A stretch of DNA of 64,000 nucleotides, from the NCBI GenBank assembly GCA_040954595.2, contig CM082584.2, positions 5,336,110 to 5,400,109 of the forward strand, in the 5' to 3' direction. A program made the position numbers and the translations under genes. Positions 1 to 12,400 of this stretch are shown in pieces; position 1 is the first letter of the stretch; each line of letters opens with the position of its first letter. The DNA is from Balanoglossus misakiensis (taxonomy: Eukaryota; Animalia; Hemichordata). Under the pieces are notes generated by a model. That model saw only the letters and a program-made list of their open reading frames with translations, had not been told where the DNA came from and ran no database searches.

Positions 1-1401
1 AAAAACATGATTGGAATATATTTGCATGCGTGTCATGATTTTTTACCATCTCTTTCATTAAATCAGAAGAGTGAAAATTCAAACCACAGACAGAGGATAC
101 TTGCCATCAACACATGTAATAGCCCATGTAGAAATGTACTTAGGAGTGTCATGAACGTCAGATGATGTATAAAAGAAATATTTACATGTCATTATACAGC
201 TATTTTGACTTGCTGCAGTTAAATATTGTGAACGCAAAGTGCAACAGGTGTAGTTTTGACGGCAATGACCTGCTTTTATACCAGTTGTGTGATAAATATT
301 TCATCCATTCATCATTCCACCATTCTCTTAGTCAATCGATTTAATCTTGTATAACACAACTATCAACTTATCAAAACCATTCTAGTTCAGAAATTGATAC
401 AGTTATTACTCTCAGAATTGTAATTAATTTACATTTCACACAAAGACATTACGTGGGGAAAATAGCCACATGGCGAATTATTAAAAAACTAACATGATAT
501 TGTCATCCACCAATTTTAGTTATTTGCGACAATTTTTACTTGCTATTGCCAGATTTGACTTGAAGCCCGGTTTACAAAAAAAAATGCTATTTTAATTATT
601 TAGGACTGCAAGAATCCATATCACTCATAATGTCTAAAACTAATGGCTTTTTTCACAAACTTAATTGGAACCATGGAAACAGCCAGCATTCTTTGATAAA
701 TTCCTGATATGGCATCTTGCTGTGAAGACAACATTTTGATTTAAGACTGCTAATTGTTACCGTGGCAACCATAGAAGGCAGAAGTGGATGTGAATGGAAT
801 GACAGGAATTAGGTTGATTTTCTCCGAGGTCGGAGGTCATCCACACAATGGTTACACAACTCAAATTACACACTCTTATTCAAATTTTGGTCGAGAATTA
901 AACACACAGTGACTAGTTCGGAATTCATCTCGCCTTCTCTTTCATTTTGTCTCATAAAATTTGACGATGTCCAGTTCAGCTGTATGTTTAGAATGATATT
1001 TGCAATGAAGTTTACCACGTCTGCTCACGGCCTGACCTTTTTTTCCATTAAAATCCAACACAAGAGAGTGTCTATGATTACACCGAAGAATGCATTTAAC
1101 TTTTCCTCCATTTTTCTGCTTGTTTAAACTCAAATTTAATGCTTGAATAATGTTACCATATGTAAATACTTATCCATCATTTTATTTTCTGTTACGGTGC
1201 CAACACGAATTATTCAAATTCCTCCATTTGCACAATCTCCTTACACACATGAATGTGATTGTTCGAACAAGTCAGTGTCAATGACACAGTTCCCACTTGG
1301 ATCAACCCATTGGCGATATTACAGCTTTAATTACACACAAAATGCACTGCAACTTTTTGGATAATTATCATGAAATTTGTTTTCAAACTGTAGTAACATT
1401 A

Positions 1402-1596
1402 GCCCATACACATGTATGCACTGAAGTATATACAAGTATTATAAACCCTAAATATGAGTGCATATGCAAGTTTTAACCAGATCAACAATAAAGCTTTGCC
1501 CATATACATGTATGCACTGAAGTATATACAAGTATTATAAACCCTAAATATGAGTGCATATGCAAGTTTTAACCAGATCAACAATAAAGCTTTGCC
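1402..1596. repeat. Tandem duplication, 2 x 96 bp
   Basis: GCCCATA(C/T)ACATGTATGCACTGAAG...CAATAAAGCTTT repeated with one difference seen. Confidence 0.92.
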
Positions 1597-1899
1597 GCAA
1601 GCAAAAAATGGCCGCCAAAATAGGAAAACGCAAAATACAATGAAAACGGTGCATTCACCTCTGATGCCAGGCAACCATTTTGTTACACAATTTGTTTGGA
1701 CCTATGTCATTGAAATTTCCAGTTCTGATGTGGTTGCAGAAATAATTTTGGACCAACTAACAGTTGTCAAAATTCCTTTTGTTGAGAGAAGACCCTTTTT
1801 TACAATGGACATACTTTGGCAATTTTTCACAAGATTACAGTGAAACAGTTATGGCTGGATCAAATGTCTGTGCCTTTCAAGGACTACAAGTATTATCTT

Positions 1900-1992
1900 T
1901 TAACCCTTTCACCCCCAGTTCCCTCTATAGAGATCCTGGTTTACCGTAGAAAACAACGTATTTGGAGTAAAACATGGTGGGGAAAGGATTAA
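1900..1992 (+). mobile_element. piggyBac-like MITE family A (about 85 bp plus TTAA target-site duplication), copy 1
   Basis: TTAA-CCCTTTCAC...GGAAAGGA-TTAA; the interior matches the other copies. Confidence 0.75.
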
Positions 1993-2082
1993 AAAAAGTG
2001 TACCCTGGCCTAGTCTGCTGAAACTCTATGGAAAAGTACAAATTTTCAACACACCAATATCAATAACATGATTATTTCTTAC

Positions 2083-2236
2083 CTATCTCTGTGGTCTTCA
2101 ACTATATTCATCTGTTGACTTTGACCTTGGCCAAGAGGACTTCCTGTCATACTGTGGACAGGCGAGGGATGGTTGCTATAGCTACTGGCAGCAGTAGCTG
2201 TTCCACTTCGACTTGAATGTGCACTGGAGTAGATGC
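2083..2236 (-). CDS. GLIS3: GLIS exon after the zinc fingers ([34 protein letters not shown]...), phase 1 to 2
   Basis: ttacag acceptor and AG|gtaaga donor. Not in the ORF track. Resembles the GLIS3 motif IFSSNYSSRSGTA...HPSP...GSP. Confidence 0.88.
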
Positions 2237-5200
2237 CTGTAATCCAAAATAGAGTGAATTCTTAAGAACCATTCAAGCAGTTTGCCGCTTCAACAAGCTG
2301 CACTTTTGAGATTAGAGCTTTCATAATGTCTAGAGCATTTCAAATTAATGCAGCAGTAAATAGATAAATGCTTTCGGTAAAAATAAGAACAGAAATTTGA
2401 CACAATTTCCAATGTGTACGATCAGAGAATTTTATCATTTTGGACTCAAAATATCTTAAACTTTCTAAGTGTGGGGTTACTAGAAGTACAAGTACATGTT
2501 CACTGATATGCATAGGGTTCAGTATACAAAACGACCAGAAGTTCCTATTACCCATTGAACCAAACTATTACAGCTGGTTGATTGGTCAGGGAAACTTCCC
2601 ACAATGCCCTGTAGGGGGCATAGTCCTAACATTGTATTCAGTTGTCATAAATTCATCTTACTTTTATGCATGATGTGAAATGAGTGTTTTTGTGTAAAAG
2701 TCACAGGTCAAAGTTCACTGTTTTTCCACCAACTCAGAAAGAACTGATCCATGAAGGAACATTGGCTCTGGTCAGCCACCTGAAATTGCATGAAGTGCAG
2801 CACAAAAGAACATGCAAGTTGATATGCCTTGTTTGTGCATGTGCCAATTTTGGAAAGAAATTGGTTCATGCTTGTTATTCAATGGCACTACTTACTCTAG
2901 TTGAATATCTACCAATCGCAATAGGCTACTTTCGTTTAAAAGATTCCATTCCTTGTGAAGTGGACTTTTACAAACAGATGTTGTTACAGGGTGGTGGGTA
3001 GGGACAAAACGTTTAGATAGTTCTGGGTAGCTCTAACTAAACGTCATTTTACGGTAAATACCGGTCAAGTCTTTTCAAATTGTCATCCAAGGATGTCATT
3101 GACACCACTGAACATTTACTGCTGGCTTGATGTAAGGTGACATTGGCCGTCCAACATTTCTGAGGAGCTTTCTTGGGGAGGGTGGAGCCTACTGGGGTGG
3201 GGGTGTCCCTTTGCCATGACTTGAAGGGGGAATTTGCTTCCGGATTCATTTTTAATACACAACATCCATGTACACTCACAAACCTTTATTCACAAAGTTA
3301 ATTTGATGTAACAATGTTCACTCTAAAATGTATTCCACAATTCACGGATATTAATCGCCTGTTGAACTTTGAATTTGATACAGACCATTCTACAAACAAC
3401 TGAGTGATAACCTATGAATTAATTCTCAAACAGAAATCAATCTGCATATCTCTGTTGAAGAGTTCAACTGACAGGGATTAATAAGGGGCTGTGAATAATT
3501 AAAACAAGTAAGTGCCTGGTTGACATTTTTGTTTCTGGGGGTGAGGTTAAGCCTTATTTTGATTATCATGCACAAATTTTGCACTTAAATAGTTTGGTGA
3601 ATTACTTTTACAAGTTTCGAATCAGAGAATATGCACAATGCAAATAATGCAGAGCATATTTGGAAAATAATTAGTACCAATATCATTAACATAATATTGG
3701 TCATGTTAACTTTGTTCCTATACATCATTGTACATACATGTTACGATTTTAAAATTATATGTAGTTTGATCTGACACTGGTTTAGACAAACAAAGATCTG
3801 ATCTCGCTGAAAGTATTTCCTGTCTTGTATGGGGCACCCATGCAGTGTCACCCTGTAACAGTTGCAACACCTGACCTTCATAAAGACAGTATCATAACGG
3901 GGAAATCAACAAAGTGTGAAACAGAATATGTAATGTCGTACTGCCTGTCACATCTCAATTCTTAATACCTGTAGCGAAATGGGGAGTCAAATGGCATATA
4001 AGTTTGTGCTAAGGGGTCAAACATAGTATCGCTTGATGCCAGGGGGTGAAGGTGGTCGTGAGGTTACAGGGTTGGGGTCATCATGGCCGTGGGTATGGGT
4101 CCAATAAGATGCTGTGAGTTGCTAGTGAGTCAAAGTACGGTAGGTGCAGCCACAATGTATAACTGCGACGATGTACATCATGTCGAACAATGCGTCATTA
4201 CTTTTCATCACATTTCCAATATATACTTTGAAATAACAATATATTGGATGGCAGGGTCTCTCTGAACAGTGTATGGTAACAATGTGGTACGTCACACATT
4301 TGCAGTTCTGACAATATTCTCCCTTTAATGTTAAAGGGTGAAGATCGTCTTATGTGCATATGCCAAACCAGAGACTATGGTTACGAAAGTTGTAAACAGT
4401 CAGTCAATGCCATTAAGGCAGTGTGCTGTCCTAACATTGTTTGTACGCATGAAATTACGCACATGCGCATAAAACGATCATTGGCTTCTAAATGTCAAAA
4501 GACAGGTTTAATTGTAACTTCCAGTTTGATTTTAGTAGCTTATTACCTGGATAGACATCTGATGAAGTGCCCGGCACGGACGAATGAGGTGAACGACCCA
4601 AGCCACTGTCGCTTAAATCCATGGGGCTGCCATGGCTGTCTGTTGGTGGCGGTATAGGCTGTAGTGGTTGTATTGTCAAACATTCTGTCAACATGTCTTG
4701 ATGTGTGCCATATTCACCAGTCGTTCGAAACTGAAATTTAAAAAAAAATTATCAAGATGGGAGTTGTCACAGAATATTAGCAAAGTCTACTTCATTCTGC
4801 AGATAACACTGGCAATTTAAGAAATGAGTTTATGAAAGAATTGAATGAAATTCTTTGTTATAGCCATCCTGTTTTCCGAAAAACTGAATTATAGAATTAT
4901 CCCTGAGGAAGTTTAGATGTGTAATGTTAAGCATCTCAAAATAGACCATGCATGCACAGATTGTATTCAAGTCTGATGTATTTGTCAACAAAATTAACAA
5001 TTGGTACATATACACATGACTTGATGACAAGCAGAAAACTGGGCATGCTGGGATACTATACAGAGGAGAACAAGAAAATGCATTTGATACAGAAAATAAA
5101 AATACTGAAAAACAGCCATAAATTACACATAGTGGAGCTTCATACCTATTTTTGTCCCATTTTTCAAGATATTCAAATATTAAGAAGAACCTTTACCTTT

Positions 5201-6432
5201 TTGCGAGCCTGCTGCTCCTTGGCTGTGTGGGCTTTGACATGTTTCCTTAATGAACTTGGATCAGTATATCGCTTGGTACATCCTGGAATCTGGCATGCAT
5301 ATGGTTTCTGTAGTTCAAAAAATCACATACAATACCCAGTGAATATAACAAGGCTATGGTTAATAAGTCTTTGTTCATTGACACAATCCCCCTGGGTTAC
5401 ATACCCAATCCACTTCCTTCATCCACACACTAATTATTACTGAATATGATAACTTACAAGTCTAAGTTTAATCTACAATACTTAAATGATACTTAAAGAA
5501 TAACATGATTTGAAAAGAAGAATAAATTGCAGATCATGCCAAAACAAACCACTCCAACATTTTATGTTATTGCATCATCAACAAATTTGCAAAGTTATTA
5601 TTACAATTTGGCAAACCTATTGCCATGTGCCTTATATTACTGATTATGCAAATTCAGCCACAATACAATTTCATTGGCTCATATGCTACTTAGCCAGATG
5701 TAGAGAGTCAGCAGCAACAAAACCCAAATGCCCAAAAAGGGAAAAATGCTGCCTCAGAAAAACAGATAAAAGTTACATCATAGTGCGATTCTACATCACG
5801 AAAAAACACACACCACTGATGCAAGGGCGTAAGGATATTGTATGGACACTAGAGAAAGTAAAACGCTCGTGATCATGATTAATTCTGACATATACTTAAA
5901 CAGAAAGTTCTGTAATATCTACTGGACTATCTCACTGGCAACTCTACAGGGTGTACATTACTGGCACAACCCTCTTTTATGGTGACTTCCTCAGACGTGG
6001 TATGGTTTCCCACAGTTAAAACTGGAAATAATATTTCATGCTTATAAACAATGCTATCTTTTTTCAGGTTTTTATACATTTGCCTCCAACTTTAGGCATT
6101 AACAAATGTTTACTGTGTCATATGTTAACGTTATCATTTTTCATGATAAAAGTAGCACCAAGAGCAATGTGCTCCCATTTCAACAGAATACACTAGCACT
6201 TATCATATCAAGTATCATACATGTAACTTGTAAGTGACCAATATTCAACATAAACCTAGCTCTACCAAGAAGATAACACACAATTTATCAGGTAACACTG
6301 GTACCGTAAAGTTGTCATAATTTATTCACATTTGGTTTTCAGGATGAAGAGATTATACCGCCTTTCGTTTCTCCTACTACCCTACTCTATAAGTACGTAC
6401 GTACGTATGTACGTACATACATAGATACATAG

Positions 6433-6472
<40 letters not shown>

Positions 6473-9400
6473 GAGACAGATAGACACCTATAGATCCCAT
6501 AAGCTCCAACTGCTCATATGAGAGCTTAAAACGGTAATTGAGCTGCACACAAGAGAATCCTTCTTGAAAAGTAGAACATGAGCCAATAAAACATGATTTA
6601 TTTCCCGAGTAAAGTGGTAAATGTTGTAAAAGATTAAATCACATAGACAAAAAGATCTGGTTCATAGCTGCAGTGCTAGGAGTCCCAGGAATGGTAATGC
6701 ATACAGTTTAGTGTTGAGCTGTCACTTGGAGTCACACGACTGATGGGTGAAGTGGTTGCACTACAATATAACCGGCACAGAATGAGTGACACTGTCGTCT
6801 CTCTGACCCTTCTACGTAAATCAGTGTTGGTAAAACTCGATTTGCTAAACAAACACTTGTTGGAAATGTAATCATAAAAGCCAATTCATATGTAAAATGT
6901 GTTTTAAGTATAAATAGTGCAGGGGTGGTGCGAGTGACTGCCTCTATACACATGTCATCGTGATCAACAACCGGCTAGTCTACATTAAACAATATCTTTG
7001 GAGTCGGCAACACTAAACTCTGAGGTCAAAGGTCAGGTGGAGTCAGCCCGGTGGATAAGAGATGGCAAAACACAGGACAACTTTCCCTTTTCAAAATCTA
7101 CCAGCTGTTTTCCGTAACTCTCCATGACACTGTGTTGTGAAAGGTCTGACAGACTCCCAAAGATATCTACCAGCCCTGACCATTAAACACACACAAAATA
7201 CACTGGATTCTTTTTCCTGAAGATCCAATTCTGATGAAGAAATATAACAACTGAATGACCCAGTGGTTGACACAACTCCACTGTGATATTTGACATAGTC
7301 CAAGCATATGGGAATTGATTGTGCTTGTTTATCAAAGTTGACTGACCAGCTCTTTTAAACATGACTATCAGACTAACATTGAGTCATTTTAATGACATAC
7401 AGTGCCCACTCAATCAAATTTTAGAAAAGGGGGGGGGGGGGGGTATGTCTTATGTTCTAAGAAATTATACCACAAAATTCTGCACAACATGGCAGACAAA
7501 TGATAATCATATCTCAATGAAAATTCACATGCTTGTGTTGAGTAGTTTTTTCCACCAAAAGTTGAACAAAATTGTACTTCATGCCAGGGGGTCATATCTG
7601 GCAAGGAGAACTGTAATATCTCCAAGTATAATTGCTAGGGAGTGCCTGCATCCCCATCTAGATGAAACACAGTTCCATATTTCATTTTTGTACATTCTTG
7701 AGAAGTCTCAACACAAGATGATCAAACATTGGCTTCACTGCATCACACACAAACTGTGGCAAACGTCAAACAACAAAGCTACAAACACAAAGGAATCAGC
7801 TTTGATAAAAAAAAAACAAAAAAAAAGTACTTACGGTGTCTAAATGAGTTCTTTGGTGCTTTGCCCTGTCGGAAGAGTTGCTGAATGCCTTGTTGCAACC
7901 GGTGAACTGACAAAGATAAGGTCTCTCTCCAGTGTGCGACCGTAAGTGAATCTTCAAATTCTCCAGTCGCGAAAATGCCTTATTGCAACCTTCAAACTGA
8001 ATCAAAGAACAGGAATTAAAATCAGTATACCAACATGACTTATATATTATCAGGATAAAAATATATGATACAGACTTTGACAAATATTTAAACAGAACGA
8101 CGGTTCTTAACCTTAAACTCTTTCTGCATCACTGAACAACTTATAAACATCACATAAAGTCAACAAATTCATTTGAAATCAAAATATAACTTCCAGACAA
8201 GTGGCATATGCTAATCTGAAGGAAAGTTAGCAGCACTGAGCAGACGGAAAAATTTCCGATATCCACATACAGGGATAGACCCTCAACTTTATATAAGCAC
8301 CAAAAAAATGGCTTTCAAATAAAAACGTTTCAATGTGGACTCAATATCAATATGTATGTGAAAAAGTCAAAAATGCAGGAAGTAGAATAAATTGAATCAG
8401 TGTGTCCATTAAAGTTGGGATATTTACTGACAACGTGAAAAAATCTTATTTCCTGGTAGCAGTATCTGTGCAATGCATATTCTTGCTTGGAATTTGTGAA
8501 AACAATTACACCAAAATCTTATTGCAAATGTGGAACTGATTATCAAAATACAGTTACCCCTCCCACCCACCCACAAAGAAATTGAGTTTTACCATGCATG
8601 TTTCAATTTTCCATGGACCCCTAATCATTGACTCAGATACTCACACACATACAATAATTTATCTTACAGCATTTGCACATTTAGCTGATATTGAAATGAA
8701 TATATATCTCAGCATGATCTCAGTGAAAAGTCATGTGAAAACTATTCAAGTTTCAGGTGCATATAGAAAGGTTATAGCATTTGTTCCCTGCTAAAAAAGA
8801 TTTATTTATCAATTCACGTTCAAATATTAAGTTGTGTTTTAGAGGTAAAATCTTCCGAATTGCATGAAGGTAAAATTTGAAGTTTAATTCTGCGATTTGA
8901 AGTTTAATTCTGAGATTTCACATGCGCTCTGTGTTGGGTGTAGCTGTCGTTTGGTCATTGCAGGTCAAATGTTGATGAGAAGTAGCGTGGGCGAGGATGG
9001 GACTCTGCAAAAGTCACTGGCCTTGCCTTGACTTGGTTTCTAACATTGAGTTGTGCCTTAGAGGTAAAATCTTCGAATTGCATGAAGGCAAAATTTGAAG
9101 TTAAATTCCGAATTTGAGAGGCGATAGGTCATCGCAGGTCAAATGTTGAGGAGAAGTAGTGTGAGCGAAGTTACGACTCGGCAAAAGTCACTGGCCTTGC
9201 CTTGGTTTCTACAGTGCGGCCAGTACTTCTGAGAATTGTCCATAAATCCAGCAGAGACTATCAGGCCTCTCTCACCCAGCCCTTACAAACTACACACCCA
9301 TGAGCTTGCACTAGTGGGTTCACCCACCCTAAATCATGCCCCATACAATAAGCAACAGCATTGTCTGCCAGTGGAACGAAACAGTGCTGAGCTAATAAAT

Positions 9401-12400
9401 CCTGAGACTTTTTTAATCAATGTTCCTGTTGGAGGCACAATCCACAAATAAGAGTGGGGGAAAAACTGTCAATGTCTACTGCGTACGTGTCTGACTGCCA
9501 CCACTACCTACTGAACTCACTGAATGATTATAGAAATAACTTGCAATCTTTTTGAGGCTGGAATAACAGTCTCCAGCTCATAAACTTGATGATAATTACA
9601 CGAAAGGGACAGCTGAACTAAGAACAGCCCTACACCAGAGGGGAAGAGTCATTTCTGATCAGTTTATCTTTACCTTTTGTCTTTGCTGTTTCGATCCTCT
9701 CTATGACTCAAGACAATATACATACAACCCTCTAACAACATTTTCCATTCACAACAGACTCTCCACACAAACAATATGCATCTCTAAACATACACACACT
9801 CCACTAACACACTGGGTTCTAAACACGCATTATTGATTAAATGAGATACTCCTCTCTTAACACAATACAGATCAAACCTGCAACTACCAGAACAGTTCCA
9901 TTCAAATTTAAAACCTTGCAAAATATTTCATGCGCTATACTTGTTGTCATAGTAATTAACTACAGGCCGTAATGAGATTCCGGCTAATTTCATGTCTATA
10001 GACTGATTCAGTTCATTATCAACACAGCTGCAGGCTCAAACTCTCGTCAGAATTTGTTTAATTTTTTTTTCAATATATCATGTTGTCTGACAATGAATTT
10101 ATACAAATTATAACGAGCCGATATGCGATGTTCATTAGACCAGGTCGTACCATTTCAGAAAATCATGTTTCCAAATTTTCTGACTACTCCAGTTGCAGTC
10201 TGTAATTGAATTCATTTTGACATTTGAGAGCGACTCTAGAGTCCTTATTAAAGTTGCTAATTCAAGCCTACTGTTATCGCACTGTAAACAATGCAACCTT
10301 GATTATCTACATTAGAACCCAATTAGAAGGCAGGAAATGACGCAAAATTGTCAAATGACGCATCAAGCTATTTTCATACTATGTCCCCAGGGCCAGAGGG
10401 GCTATTGGTTATCTTCCCCAACTCTATACTGAATCAGTATTTTTTTTATTCTTTAGAGTTTGCTGGACACAAAAAAAAAGATGTTGACATTGAACGCATT
10501 CAGATGCTCTTCCTGTTTGGGCTGTTGCGCCCTCTGTGGTGAAATGCGAAGAGGGTAGGGGGAAATCTGTCACAACGAGAGGAAACAGAAATCAGAAAGT
10601 CTTACATTTTAACCCTTTCCCCCGTCCCCACTTAAGAGGTCCAACCTTTATACCATAGAAAGCAATGGTGGACTGAACCATGGTGGTGTAAGGGTTGGAA
10701 AGCTTAAATAATTGCTGATCCAATGAAATGCAACTTGATGTACCAATTTTAACATTAGAAACAAACATGGACTTTACATGGGCCAATGAGGTCTAATCGT
10801 AACAAATAAATATGTTAAATTTAAAAATAACCAGGTTCACGTTTCAAAACGTTGTGAATACACAGAAAAAAAGTTACAAGACATCAAAGTTACAAAGCTA
10901 ATAGACCAATATGAATATATGATACAAAAATTTACTTACAGTACATTTATTGGGTTTTTCTCCCGAATGGACTCTCATGTGAATGAGCAATTTATATCTT
11001 GCATTGAACGGCTTGTACCTTCGACCACAGCCTTGCCAGAAACACGTAAAATCATCTCCTTTTCTCTGATCAATGTGCACCTTTTCTATATGCCGCACTA
11101 AGTCTTCCTGCTCGTTAAAAATGGCATTACAGTCTATCCATTTGCACATGTGTAGAAGTTGCTCACCGCTGTCTCCGGGCTCCGACTTAACTGTTCGTGG
11201 CGGAGTGAGCTGCGGTGGTGGCGCCGATGGTGGGGGTGGGGGTGGCAGAGGGGGTGGGGGCGGAGGGGGTCCCATGGGGGTGTGGCTTGTAATGTGTTGT
11301 TGGTAGGACGGGGGCGGGGGCATGCTTATGTGGTTTGGTACGGGCGCGGGCGTCGACGAGGGCGCGGTTGTCGGCATGGAGGTCGGTAGCGACGTTGGCA
11401 GGGAGACGGGAGGGTAGCTGTTCATGGTTTGCTGTTCGCCTTTGTAAATGTTCAGATTGACAAAATCCTGTTGTACGTCGCTGTATTGCTGCACAACTAA
11501 CTGACTCGGAACTTGCATGTTGCTTATTGTCTGTTGTTGTTGTTGTTGTTGTTGGTTCATACTGGAGTAGGTCATGTTAGTGCTCTCGGCCGGCATGCCG
11601 TACATCTGTTGGTGCTTGCTGGCCGAGTGGTACGGCGGCGGCAGAGACAGACTGCTCTGTCGCGAGTGCCCGCCGCTGTGAGAGCTGGAATGTCCGAAAG
11701 AGCCGTGCGACAGGGGACTGTTTCTGACCGACAGATGTCCGTATTCGCCCGGTTGCAGTCCCGGCGCCGGCGACACCGAACACGACGACCCCCGCGACCC
11801 GTTGATGTAGGACACCAGCGAGGTGGGACTGGTGCGGATGATGTCGTTGATGTTGAAGCCTTCCGTGGAGAGCGGGGACAGCGAGAGGGCCCGTTTCTTG
11901 GAGCGCGCGGAGTAGGATCTCGCCGAGCCCCGGGGACTGGCGAAGCTCGACCCGGACGGCGACAGTTCGATGGGGAACGGGGACAGCGACGTGCTGCTGC
12001 TGGGATACTGCGAGAGCGCCGAACCCGGGGGAGGGAAATTCTGGTCGCCCAGCTCCCCATTGCAGCACTGGCCGCTCAGTCCCGGCAACACGTGGTACTT
12101 CTGCCACTCTTGTTTGATGGGGAAATTGGTGAGGGGTCCCAGGAATTGTTTTTCGGATCCTTTCGCGGTGTTGTTGGCGGCGGTTGCGGTCCCTTGCATG
12201 GACGCCTGACTGACCGTGTGCGCTGGGGTCACTGAGTGGTTGCGAGAGCCGAACTGTATACTGGATATGTCGCTCGGTGTCGGAGAGGCGTTATTTATGG
12301 AGAGGGCCGGGGCCACACCCTGTCGTTGATTTCCACCGGGCTGTTGAAGAGGTAAGTTGGTACGGTTTTGTAATGGCAGTGTACCATAGCGTATGTTTGG

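Noticed and set aside
1399-1674. ORF with an internally repeated peptide
   Set aside because: It is a by-product of the 2 x 96 bp intronic duplication.
3049-3279. 76 aa minus-strand ORF inside a GLIS intron as a possible exon
   Set aside because: It has no credible pyrimidine tract or acceptor and no resemblance to GLIS3, and the flanking exons join in phase without it.
11073-12235. Long overlapping ORFs (240, 176 and 162 aa and others) on both strands
   Set aside because: These are shadow frames of the GC-rich GLIS exon, with low-complexity Arg/Gly/Pro translations and no recognisable domain.
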